Below are positions 32,833 through 45,000 of a DNA stretch of 64,000 bases, one piece after another. The position numbers were made by a program, and so were the translations under genes. The notes beneath the pieces are model-generated. The model saw nothing but the letters and a program-made list of their open reading frames with translations, did not search any database and had not been told where the DNA came from. Numbering within the stretch: position 1 is the stretch's first letter; the number at the start of each line of letters is the position of its first letter. The DNA is from Klebsormidium nitens (Eukaryota > Plantae > Klebsormidiophyceae), in the NCBI GenBank assembly GCA_000708835.1, contig DF237153.1, forward strand, positions 1 to 64,000, written 5' to 3'.

Positions 32833-33300
32833 ATGCATGAGTCTAAAAGGTCATCTGGACGGATGGAACAAGGCAAGTCGCCGAAATCAACGTGTCGCTT
32901 TCTGCCACTGCCTCTCTGTAGAAATCTGTTTGGCATCGACCGCAAAAGCGACCTGGACAAGGACGACTATCTGAAGAGGTGCCGATTCGTGTCGGGTGTT
33001 GTCATGGGAAGCGGCTGGGATTTGAAGCATCACATAGACCTGCTCGCGTTTAATCAGACCTTTTGGCCCCACTGGCAGGCTTTACATGCAGAATTCCAAA
33101 AGAGCGGGGGTTTCGAAGACCCCGAGTGGCCCATCTACAACCTCAACGACAACACGCTCTGCTTCGAAAGGTTCAAGAACAACGGAGAACCGATTCAAAG
33201 AATGGAGACATCAAAGACCTTCTACAAGCCAGGCCGGGCGCAGATGCTTGGCAAGGACGCGCGTAAGGGGAGTTCGGGGAGTCCAGCTAACGTTGTTTAG
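32833..33300 (+). CDS. Small hypothetical protein, GGFE-motif family copy 3
   Basis: YLKRC...GSGW...HWQALHAEFQKSGGFED. Lies between family-B repeats. Confidence 0.6.
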   Translation: MHESKRSSGRMEQGKSPKSTCRFLPLPLCRNLFGIDRKSDLDKDDYLKRCRFVSGVVMGSGWDLKHHIDLLAFNQTFWPHWQALHAEFQKSGGFEDPEWPIYNLNDNTLCFERFKNNGEPIQRMETSKTFYKPGRAQMLGKDARKGSSGSPANVV

Positions 33301-33689
33301 ATGCTCACGTTATCAGAGAAGACAAGTCCGAGTCGTCATTCCGGACGGCATAGACTTAAAGATCTGGACATGTGAAATATGAGGCCGGCTCGAAACTTAT
33401 CATGGCAAAATTGCTGGTCGCTGAAAGGATTCACGTTCTTGTGCGATACACCAACGTGTCATGAAGAAACTACCCAAACACATGCGCCAGACAATCAACG
33501 CACAATGAACATGCATCAGATTGTCTGCATGCACTGGAGGCATTAAAGGCCCTGCATGAGCATCCGAACCTCCAACAGGCTTTGATTGATCTGATGGGTC
33601 CGAAGCTGACGGTACTCACTTTTACTTCTTCAACGTGGGGCCGATCGCTGGCGGCTGTGTCTTGCAGCTGAGTGTTGATGCGTCATGGG

Positions 33690-34925
33690 ACGGGCCGCCC
33701 AGCCATACCCTGCAAGGTGGTGACCAGAAGGNNNNNNNNNNNNNNNNNNNNNNNNNNNNNNNNNNNNNNNNNNNNNNNNNNNNNNNNNNNNNNNNNNNNN
33801 NNNNNNNNNNNNNNNNNNNNNNNNNNNNNNNNNNNNNNNNNNNNNNNNNNNNNNNNNNNNNNNNNNNNNNNNNNNNNNNNNNNNNNNNNNNNNNNNNNNN
33901 NNNNNNNNNNNNNNNNNNNNNNNNNNNNNNNNNNNNNNNNNNNNNNNNNNNNNNNNNNNNNNNNNNNNNNNNNNNNNNNNNNNNNNNNNNNNNNNNNNNN
34001 NNNNNNNNNNNNNNNNNNNNNNNNNNNNNNNNNNNNNNNNNNNNNNNNNNNNNNNNNNNNNNNNNNNNNNNNNNNNNNNNNNNNNNNNNNNNNNNNNNNN
34101 NNNNNNNNNNNNNNNNNNNNNNNNNNNNNNNNNNNNNNNNNNNNNNNNNNNNNNNNNNNNNNNNNNNNNNAGATTCTTAAGAATGAATACATCTTTTCTT
34201 AGTACAGCCCCATCGTGTGCCGGATGGTCGAATCCCCTGCGCTTGATGGGCCAGCCCGGCCATACCCCCAAAGATGTACCAGGAAACGCCCATTAGTTTC
34301 TTAGAAAGTAATATAGCATTTCGTGGTACACTCGACTTCTGCGCTGGATTTTTGGGATCCAGTTTTAAGGGGCGAGCCCGGCCATACCCCCAAAGATGTA
34401 CCAGAAAACGCCCAATAGATTCTTAGAAAGGAATTCAGCATTTCGTGGTACACTCGACGTGTGCGCCAATAGCTAGTAGAATCTTAAATGCCGATGGTGC
34501 GCTGGATAGCTCGCATTCCGTTCGAGGGGCTGCAAGCCCAGCCATGCTCTATAGGATGTACCAAAAAACGCCCAATAGATTCTTTAGAAAGTAATGCAGC
34601 ATTTCTTGGTACACCCCGATTGTGCAATGGATGGCTGGCATTCCGACGCTTGAGGGGCTGCAACTTGCCCACCCATGCCTTACAGTATGAACCAAAGAAC
34701 GCCCAATAGATTCATCAGTCCTGACTGTGCGCTGGATGGCCGGAATTCCTTTGAGGGGCTGCAAGCCCGGCCATGCCCTGCGGGATGTACCAGGAAATGC
34801 CCATTAGATTCTTTAAAAGTAACACATGGTTTCTTGGTACATTCGGATCTGCGCTGGATGGCTAGCATCAGCACACGCTTAAGGGGCTGCAAGGCCGGCC
34901 ATGCCTTGCAGGATGCATCTCCACT
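33690..34925 (+). repeat. Tandem array of family-B palindromic repeats (at least 6 units of about 100-160 bp; includes N gap)
   Basis: Unit GCCCGGCCAT(A/G)CCC...GATGTACCA(G/A)(G/A)AAACGCCCA(A/T)TAGATTCTTAGAAAGTAAT...TTTC(G/T)TGGTACAC...GCGCTGGATGG...GAGGGGCTGCAA, starting near 34255, 34376, 34536, 34667, 34766 and 34894. Confidence 0.9.
33732..34170. other. Assembly gap (N run) within the family-B array
   Basis: Continuous N, with repeat-unit sequence on both sides. Confidence 1.
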
Positions 34926-35751
34926 TTGCTTCGGTACTGATAACTCGATCGATAACACCAAGTACAACCCGGCTGACAGACTGACAGCTTATAACTCCTA
35001 CAGCCATACAGCTCGACTCTCCAAGTGAAAGCGACAAGTTGATCGAAAGCAAAACCAATGCCGCATTGCTTACCTCTTGCTCGAAAAAAGACACGCTTAC
35101 TTCCGCCTTCCAGCTCGCTGTGGCCGGGCCGCACAAATGCAGCCCTCCGCGGCCACGAGTCAGCCAGTTGCCAGTGGCAAGTACAAGCCCATACTGACTG
35201 CAACTCCGACTTGGCGGCGCATAGCTTATGGGTGTCAGGGCCGAACCGGGCACTTTCTGTGCATTTCAGCCGAATCACAGATCGACGGCGCTCGGATAAA
35301 CCCTGGCCATCGGACGGCGATGAGAGTTGGGTGGAATTTGAGACTCGCGCCGCGCCCCCAGTTTCGGATGAGCTGGCGAGTCGCGGCCGGCCGCGTCCGT
35401 CCGACGCGCGGCCGCGACGAACGTACTGTTCGTTCCGTCCGCGTCTCCTTGCATTCCGCTCAAATCTAAGTCAGACTCAGACTCGGACTCCAGTGACTTA
35501 GACTCAGAGCTCTGCTTGCCGATTCTCAGCTGCAAATTGAAGAAAGGAAAATTGAAACCAATGCAGCAGCTAGGACCCTATGCAATTGCGCCTCCTGACA
35601 GTGAAAGCGCAGCATTGACGGTGTCCTGTGCCAGTATCCCCTCAGACAGTGGTCCATCGGGGCTTTTGTGGTGGAAATATGAGTCCAAGCACCACCACAC
35701 CATACCGCCAACACTGGTCAAGTTGCAGGGATTTGTTTTCCTGATGCCACA

Positions 35752-36944
35752 ATGAAGGGTGCTGAAATGCATTGGGGAAGGCCTTTTCTGTCCATCAACA
35801 GTCTCCCTGATGCAGTTCTTGTCCATATACTCTCCCAGGCACCCAAACTTCAGGACTTTTACAATTTTCGAAGGGTTTGTAGGAGCTGGCGCGTGTTGTC
35901 CTCCCAGATTGAATGCCTTCATTTCAAGCGGCTGAATGGGAGCAAGTGGGCCAACACCACTCCCTTGTTGAAGCAGCTGCCAGCACTCAAAGAGCTGCAT
36001 TGGGGGTCAGCAATTGAGCCCGAGCTTTCTGATCTGAGCAAGAACCTCGTCAATCTGCAGATCCTTTCGATGTGGAGGTTGACAGGGGAATCGCTGACGA
36101 GGCCTGAGTGGGCGTTTCAGCGGCTTGTCTCGTTGACAGTTACGGTTTTGAGAATGACGGTGGAAGAGTTAGAGACTCTGCTCAAACGGTGTCCAGTCTT
36201 GGAGGACCTCTCCATCGGTCGTTCCATTCTGCAGAAATGATGGAGCAGAATGGCGGATTGGAGGTTGCTTCACCATCATTGAAGAGGTTGGCAATGGAGA
36301 CCAATGGTGTCCAGAACCTGTTTCATGCAAAGATAAGGGCGCCTGAGCTGAGGGAGTTGTCCCTTCCCTCCTTCAAAAGCATTCACCTCAAGGAACATCA
36401 ACTTCAGAAGCTTACCCTTTCCACAGACGGCGTCAACATGCCTTACAAAGACCGCCTGTCTCTTGAAAACATTCGTGGCCTTGTAGTCAAGGTGCATCGA
36501 ACCCCGCAAATGGACTGGGACGCTGCCTTGAAGAATACCATCGACCACTTTCCATCACTCAGCAGTCTCGTCTTCGAGTACAGTGGCAGTTCTGAGTGCT
36601 GGCCTGAGCAGCAGATGGTTCCCGTGACACGATTTGCTACCATGCTCATGAATCTGACAAGCCTCACTTTGATAGCACCAATGCTAGTGATTCTGCGAGT
36701 GATTTCTCCACCTAGGTGCACGGAATCCGGGCACAGACTCCCTAGACTTGTCAGACTAGAGTGCGGCGTTCCGCACCCAATGACGGATAGTTGCTTCAAC
36801 GCCTTGGAGTGGCTGTTGATAAATGCCCCGTTGCTCAGAATTCTGGTTCTGAAAGCAAGGAGCAACTTGCTCGGGAAGGCAACTTTGACCAGAGTTCTTG
36901 CGCTCCAAAGAGAACACCCTCTACTCAACATCAGCTTCCAATGA
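35752..36944 (+). CDS. F-box / LRR (RNI-like) protein with an apparent frameshift near 36230
   Basis: F-box INSLPDAVLVHILSQ...RVCRSWR. LRR-like LKQLPALKELH, LLKRCPVLEDLSI, then in the second frame LEVASPSLKRL, APELRELSL, LPRLVRLE and APLLRILVL. Confidence 0.75.
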
Positions 36945-39051
36945 TAGGCTCTAAGGTAAGGAGATCAGATTCGCAACATTTCAGCACCCTAGCTTATATT
37001 TTGCGCATTCATGGTCTTGACACAGTTGTTGCAACAAGAGATGGAGAGGTCGGTTGACTGCGTATTTTTTGCTTTCTAACCGTGCTCCAATCCGATTGTT
37101 TCGCATGTTGCGGAAGAGAGATGCAGCCAGAGGCACCTGTTTGGGTAGGTTTTCCTTCGCGGGTGTACTGCCCGGTTTCGCAAGATGATGTCGCAGTTTG
37201 ACCTCAGAACGAGGTAGTAAGTGCGCTTCCAGAGCTTTACACCCAAAGAAGGTTAGGTGCTTCAAGTGTACCTTTTGGCCCTCCAAACACTGAAAGCAAA
37301 TCACTGACTACGGGGGTTGTTTTTGCAGGAGAGAATGTTCTCGGAGGCTGAGTACGCATTGTGCCATCGCATGACGCGCTAAACTGCCACACTTATCACC
37401 AATACGACTGCACGACCATTTGGCTCAGGAGTCAGGCTACACTTCTAGCTTCTTTCGCAACCTGTTGCTCAACTATGGTAATCAGGAACGACAGGCCCTC
37501 AATTCGCTATAACAGCTATGGCCCTCTTGTCACTGAACTTTGAGTCGCACCAGGCACATCTTACTTTTTCTGAACTGCATCAGACGCTTTAAAATTGGTC
37601 ACTGGGCGCCGCAGTCTAATTGAATTGGTATAGATCATGCATGTACATATGTGCATCTTCATTTCAAGCCAAGATTACATGAAGATCGAGTTGCAATGAA
37701 TCGAACATACCAACGGGCGGCCTGCGCTATAGTATCATAGAATAGGCTCTAGAGCTGCAGCCTGCCATATGTTCATGCGCGCGCGCACGGTTGCATATGA
37801 TACCATGGCCAAATTTTTCCATCTAACGACACGTATGGGCATGCTGGCGACCGTATATAGCTGTGACGCGCCACCTTGCCACGTACCCGCTGCCCGAGGC
37901 ACCGAGGGCCCCTAGCAAATTCCAATTACGAAATCCTTAGTACTTTCAACCGTCCAGATCAAATGATTTATAAAATTTCCTGGCAAGTCCATGCTCGAAC
38001 GTACGTAGGATCGATATCCATGAAGCACAACTAGCTAGATATGTTGACATTGACCTGCATGTTGCTGTGGTCAACACCGCGCGGCCTGCATTCAAGGCCA
38101 TGAGGTGTGCATCATGATAGATGAATGTTCACTGCACTCAAATGAACGTACGCTGGCCCTGCTATCGACTTGCAACTTGGAGGTGTTTTGGCGATCGTCA
38201 TGGGAGATGCAATGCGCGAGCTTACCAAACCCGACCCGCCTCTCAGGCCGAATCGCGAATGTGACTGACCCTTGAAGAGCTTCTAGAAGGCCATATCGGC
38301 TTTAGCTTGTTCAACATCAGCATTGATCGTCGACAAGGCTACACTCCGCTTCTCAACAATGCAGGGGTAAACCAGCTCTACCGCACATGTGCAGTGAAAA
38401 TATTCCCGTGTTGCTCTCCAAACATTGCCAGACCTTGTATTATGCACAACGTGCAACTCCACGGGGAGACAACCGTTCCTGCAGATTGCTCTTTAGGAAC
38501 TCTTTGATGTGTGCCTATGCACACGCTCTACGAGTCAATTATCTACTACCTCGGGTGCGGCACCCAACCGTGCAACCCCGCCTGTCCTGCCGTTAATTGT
38601 TCTAACTTTTGTACAATCATCCGTAACCTTTGTATACAGGTTCGAAGGCTCGTTGCAAGCATTAATAGGTACCGAACTGGGCACCCATGCACAACGACCC
38701 TCGTTATAGACTCAGCTTGTCCCGCGAGAGGGGCCGGGTCGGCTTCTCTGAAAAGTTGCCTAACGTGCAGCCTGAACATATCACCACAGGCAACCCCGGT
38801 CTCTCTTCATACAGCTGTCCTTCCCCGCAGTCCGGAATGAGCCCTTCGACTCACGTCCACTTCTCCCTGCAAGGTTCTGGTCTCCAATCACGAACCAGTC
38901 AACGCTCAACTAATCATTATCAGAGGAGAGTGCCTCATCAGAGGAGAGTGCCTCCTCCTCGCACCCATCTTCGAAGGTGGTATCCCTTTGTACCAGATCA
39001 GCTCAAGATGCTGCTCAGAAATATCTACAACTCGTTGTTTGGATGTGAACC

Positions 39052-42000
39052 TTAGCCTCCCCGACTCCTTGCGCCTGCCCCGGTAAACCCCCGGGACATG
39101 GACCGCCGGTTGCCCTCCTGCCATTCTTTGATCGCGCTCCGGATAATCAGGTTCGGCGTGAGAAGCAGGTTTGTCACAGGCACATTGGTGAGCGGCGACG
39201 TGCGCTTGCGCTGGAACCACCGCGCGATCTCGGCCCGCTCGTACGTGTTGCCGTCGGCAGCCACGACGGGATCTTCCATGATGTCCTGCACGCGCGCACC
39301 GTACTTAGGGGTTAGGCTAGGTTAGGAGTCAGGTTAGAAGTTAGGTTAGGTTAGGTTTCAACGATGAAACTTCTTAGAAAGAAGTCTCGGGTCGGCCCTC
39401 CCTCTTAGCCCAGGGAGACGGAAAGTCCTCTCGTTGTCTTGGGGGCTGACGGGCTTTTGCCCCAAACTAAAGAACACAATCTGCATTATGAAGTACGAAG
39501 ACCTTGGATGTGAAGTCACAAGATTCGTTGGTCGCAGAAATCAAAAACGAATTTTGGCAGTTCGATTTCTGCAGTCAAGGAAAAGTCAAGCTTCTCGAAG
39601 CTTTTCTCCCGGGGAAAGGCAAGAGGAGTCGAGAAGCGATTGACGTGCCATGCGACTGGTGACAGCCGGCAGCGCCAGCCCCCTTTGCAGTGTTAAGGAA
39701 ACCAACTCGAGCAGCACAATTAGAACTCGATTCCACGTAGGGGAAAAGCCAAACCAAACTGAACTTCTGTCGGCCGTCCTTCACTCCCAACTCAAAAAAT
39801 GTTCTTCAAAGAAGCTCCGCCGGCTGAACGAATCCAAGAAATAGCTGAAGACCATAAAATTCCGGACCCGTGAAAACGCCACTGAATCTGGTGAACAACC
39901 CCGGTTTCACATGTTGCTCCGAACCGTTCGCAAAAGTAGATCTTGGAAAGGTTTGCGGGGACTTACATGGCTGATGGGGCACAAGAAAATGCTGGGCACA
40001 ACGTCCTCTTCCCCGGTCGCTTCTGGAGTCGCCCCCTGGTTGAGCCCCTGGCTGGCCTCCCGGGCGGCCGCTTCCATGGCCAGGGTACGCGCCGCCTCTA
40101 GTACCGGCAGAACCTCTTTCTCCAGGTCGGGCCGGTCGCGGCGCCGGATCTCGGCGCACTTGAGGCCCAGGTTGGCGATCTGCAGAGTGGGAAATGTTGT
40201 GGGTGGTCGCCGGTTGGACGGCGGTTGAGGACGGATTGAAACGAGTCGGGTAATATCGCATTAAAGAACCGCCGGGAACCTTTGACAAATTCCAGAACTC
40301 TTTTGAGGGTTTAGGACATGCGACATCGGATTGATTGTTGAGGCAGGAGCGGCGACTTGCAGAACGCCAAACCCGGATTTCACAGGGTATCAGCAAGTTC
40401 CTAACCCGCCGACTCGACTTTAATCAGGCGGCGGCAAAACAACTGAAAAGACTGCAGAGAGATTGGTACAGCTGCTGCGGCAATGACAGGCCCTCCGAAA
40501 GCAGAAAGCGCGCGATAGATAATCAACCCGAAAACAGTGAAACTTCTTCCCATCACTCACCCCCGTCACTACGCACAGGTTTCGATACCCAGGCGATCGC
40601 ATCTAAAGAAACGACTCACCTTGGTCGCCACCTCTTCCGGCCAGCTCCCCGCCGTTTGGTCGACGACTGGCAGGACGTTTCCTTCGTCAAGGGCGTCCTC
40701 GACGGCGCCCACGATTCCTAGGGGCGGCCGGTTGGTGAGGAGCTGGAGGAGGCATATGCCGAACGCGTAGACGTCGCTCTTCTGGTTGAACGTGCCTTTC
40801 TGCTGGTACTCTGCGGCAAAGGAAAAGGGAGTGAATGTGGGTTCCCGGGGCGAGAAGCGAAGGCGAGCAGATTTTCAACTTTGATGCGGAATGGTTGAGA
40901 AAGCCACCTTCGCCAGTCTTACCCCGATGGTTGCGTTTCCTCATCAAAACGGCTGCATTGTCGGACAGACTCGTTATCACGGAATTCACCAATGCCTTCC
41001 ATAGCAACTCACCATGGACTGGTTTCTGCTGGCGCTACACTTACATTCGAGAACAATACACACGAAGGCAGATGGACAATGTAACTCTTCGAACCGAGTC
41101 CAGATGCGGACAGCAAAAGCACCTGCTTCCATCCGACAAGCATGTACAGACCTCACGACAGACCCGGATGCGCAGGAACCGTACCTGGATCTATATACAT
41201 GGGGGTCCCTTGTGGGCTGGAGTCGAAAATTGACGTCTGCGCCTGCCTGCCTCCACCACGCCGCCGCGTCATGCCCGTGAACGTCGCGGTCGCGAGCTCG
41301 GGTGCCACGCTGGCAATGCCGACGTCACCCAGCTTGGAGGTCAGGTTCTGGTCGAGCAGGATGTTGGAGGGTTTCAGGTCCTTGTGGATGATGCTGGGGC
41401 GGGAAGTGTGCATGTACAGGAGGGCGACCGCGACCTGCAACGAGAAGGAGGTTGGGTTAAAAGCGGTCAGGGGAAGGTTAGAGGTAGTTTAGAGGTTTTA
41501 TTGGACGGGTTAGACCAGCAAGTTCAATGAGCTGGGTGCCTCCATTGAAGGATGGGTCGAATATTCGCGCTTGAGTTTCAAGACTTGGTTGGTCAAAAGT
41601 GGCTGTTAAGTATCTGTAAATTGACCTCCGGCAACGTCTTTGGTTCTCGAACTCTGCGAGCCCTGCACGTCTTTCCCCAATGTAGAACCTAACTAGACAA
41701 CAATTGACGAGCTTCCGCTATATTGTTCATGGACAGCAGACGAATACGTAGGGCCTCACCTCGAAGGCGATCCTGATCCTGGTGAACCAGGGCAGCGCCG
41801 CCGAGTCGCCCTTCCTGGCGAGGCGGTCTTCCAGCGACCCGTTGGCGCAGTACTCGTAGACGAGGCAGCCGCGCTCGGGGCAGCAGCCCATGAGCATCAC
41901 GATGTGCGGGTGGCGCAGGCCGCTCAAAATCTCCACCTCGCGCTTGAACTCGTCGGGCCCCTGCGAAAGAGAGTAAGGAACCGTCATTAAGTCACCTAAG

Positions 42001-45000
42001 ACCGCATGAAAAAGCGCTTGAGAGAGGGTGATGGCCTGCAGGTGGCACATAACAAAGAATTGTGCACCAGAATTTGCTCTGGGTGATGAGAGAACGACGA
42101 CGCAAGCAGTCCAGCTGAAACTGGCTCGTCGTTTTGAAACTTTTGGATCGCAGGAGAAGAGAAGGATCGTGGTTGACAGGAGTGAGTTAAGCTCAGAAAC
42201 AGGAAGAAACAAACGAACTCTTGGGCAAACATCTATTCGCAAGATGCCTGTTGAGAAAAGTCGCCTGATTGTACGTGCTACGGAAGCAGAAAATGGATAC
42301 AAACATAATGAAAGATGTTGACTATCTTTGTCAGAGATTATCTCGAGCAACCAACTGCAAGTCCACCACATTCAGAAAACATTTGCACCATGAAACATAC
42401 CTGTAACCCCTCGGGGTTTAGAATCTTGATGGCCGCCGGCGTGTGCTCCAGCCTGCCCAGGTAGACCTGCCCGAAGCCGCCCTCCCCCAGAAGCTTCGCC
42501 GGGCTGAAGCTTTCGGTGGCCGCCTCTAGTTCGCGGAACGAGTACGTGCGGTACTGCCGCTGCGCTTTCTGCCGCTCGAGCAGTTCCTGCAGGGTGCCGA
42601 GAACGAGTGCGGCTCAGCGGTATGTACCGCAAATTCGAAGCAAAGCCGTCTAGAGGCATGGGTTGTAAGCTTCCTCATCAGGAAAGACTGCAGTCGGGTT
42701 TCGATTCAGGAGACGATGCTGGTGGCTGAGTTTCTCGTGCTTAGTCACCTCAGAGAATGAGTTGCGAATTGGGCTTCTGCTGAAAGGTGTCGATCTAAAA
42801 TCAGGACGTATCTTCGATGAAAAAGTCCGATGAACCTAACGTTCCTTCTCAAACGTTGATAAAGAGTATCTGATGAAGGAATCCGACGACGATATCCAAC
42901 GACACTGAAGTAGCACAGAGTCAGACCTCCGAATCAACATTTGAATCCATGCACTTCAAAACCTCGAAACACCCTCTGGAACGGCTGTCTTGCTTTCTGC
43001 ACTACTCACCTTGTAGTGCTCCGCCGCCTGCTGCCGCTCCGCGACCCGCTCCTGGCGTTCTCTCTCCGCCGCTTCTTGCGCCGCGCGCTCCTTGTTGCGC
43101 GCCTCCTGCTCCGCCCTGCGCGCGAGCGCGCTCTCCTGCTTCGCGAGCTCGCGCTCCTGGTGCGCGGCGAGCGCGCGCGCGCGCTCGGCCTCCGCAAGGC
43201 TGTTTGCCGACAGCGCGCGCGACTCGGCCTCGCGCAGCTGCCGCTCGTAGTCGGCCTGCTGGGCTTGTAGCCTGGAAAAGGCGAAAGCGCATGATTTGCG
43301 GTTTGTTTCGAAGCCCGACTAAAGGCACGGCAAGGCAGAAAGCATTCTGGGCTTGCAGCTTGGAGACCGTCCAAGATTTCAGGTAGTTTTGTGTTCGTGT
43401 CGCAAAACGGAAAAAGGTGATCGAAAGCATGGCAACGCCGAAAGACCGCTGCGCGTGCAGCCTAAGGGACGCAATAGGCGGCTTTACTGTATTTGTAACG
43501 CGAGAAAAAGGAGGCACGCCAAAGGCGAACGGATATGACGGCCCAGGATCCTTCGAGAAAATCTGAGCACTCCGAAGGTCTGTTGTCAAGTGAGCCATTC
43601 GCTCCTGGACGAGGAGAGAGAGTTTTAGGACTGCAACTTTTCATTGGATCGGCTTTGACAGTGAGGAGCGGAATCTTTCCGACAAACGACTTGCAACATT
43701 CATTGCCTCAAGCGCCTTCCTTAGTTCCCGCTCACCTGGCTGTCGCTTCCTCCGACATTTTCAGCTTCCTTAGAACCTCCGCCAGCTCGCCGTTGTCAAA
43801 GCGCGCCTTCGCCGGTCCGTTGCTAGCCGGACTCTGCCCGCCCCTCTCTCTTTGTCGTTCCTCGTAAATTTGGAATTCAGGCTCGTCACCAGACAATTGC
43901 TGACCGTCGCTGTTCACCCAAACCTGAGGCCCGGTTGCCATGTCCGCACGCTCGAACCTGCTCCCGTTTTGCGGGCCGGCATGCCCGTTCGCGGACGTCC
44001 TTGGAGCTGGAAGAAAGCTACCCGACTCTGTGATGATGTATCCGCTGTAAGACTGCGCGTATAAGTTCGGGGGTTGGAGGCCCCCCTGGGGAGACGGCCC
44101 GGGCTCGCTGTAAAGCGACCGGGGGCTGCTGCTCGGCTGGGAGTGAGGGCTTGGAATAGAACCCCAGGGGTGTGAATAGTCTCCGGGGGGAAGAACCGGG
44201 GCGCTGGGGATGGCTACTGCGGGGGTGGCCGGAGGGGTGTGTGGTACAGTGACGGTCTCGTTTCGGGGGAGTGGGGACAGGGGGATGGGAGGGAGTACTG
44301 GTGGGAGTACGGATGAGGGTGAGGCCGTTGGAGAAGGCGTGCTGCAGGGAAGGAACGTAGTCTGAGTTAGTATCTGTGTTGTGGTGGTTTCAGCTACTGT
44401 TAGAGCGGAGCGGCTAGGCCAACAACCAATAAGCCAGGTCACTTGAAGTCTGTGATGTACAGGTGGCAGATCAACTTTCACAGACATACGGCCTTCGCAG
44501 TCTCGAACAATCAAACGTTCTGATTTGCAGAATGATAGTTACGGACTAGATTTCAGAAGACCCTAGCAACGGGCAACTGATTTTTCTAGATCCCTGCATC
44601 GTAGAAGAGTTAGCGACTGTGATACCCTAGCTGATCAAGCATGCGGTCTTACCTTGAGCTCGAACCATCACTTTGCGAGCCGTTGGCTGCTCCTGAACCT
44701 GCTGCACCCCTCTTTCCGTCATAGATGTGAGAGGTTACCAGCTCCGCCCTGTTGTTGATGAGGTATACGCTGCAGCGAGCGTGCTTCGCCACCCGTGCAG
44801 TCAGGCTCTTCCCCTTCAGAAGGCTGGAATGATGAGCACAGCACTTCAGGTTCAATTCTCAAAAGTCGATCAAGCAAGAATCCTGGGCTCTCAAACTGAG
44901 GTTATGAACCTCTGCTCAACTGTCACAAGATCCTTTGTCAGCTGGGACTCCTGAATAGATTCACGGAGTTCAGTTTCTTTGGATTTCGATCCGACGACCG

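Noticed and set aside
11700-33300. Capsid, penton, A32 packaging ATPase or pPolB genes that would make this a complete Polinton-like virus or NCLDV insertion
   Set aside because: No ORF shows recognisable motifs; a highly divergent capsid cannot be excluded without structure-based search.
38920-38960. 18-bp direct repeat ATCAGAGGAGAGTGCCTC x2
   Set aside because: Simple local duplication in a 3' region; no further structure.
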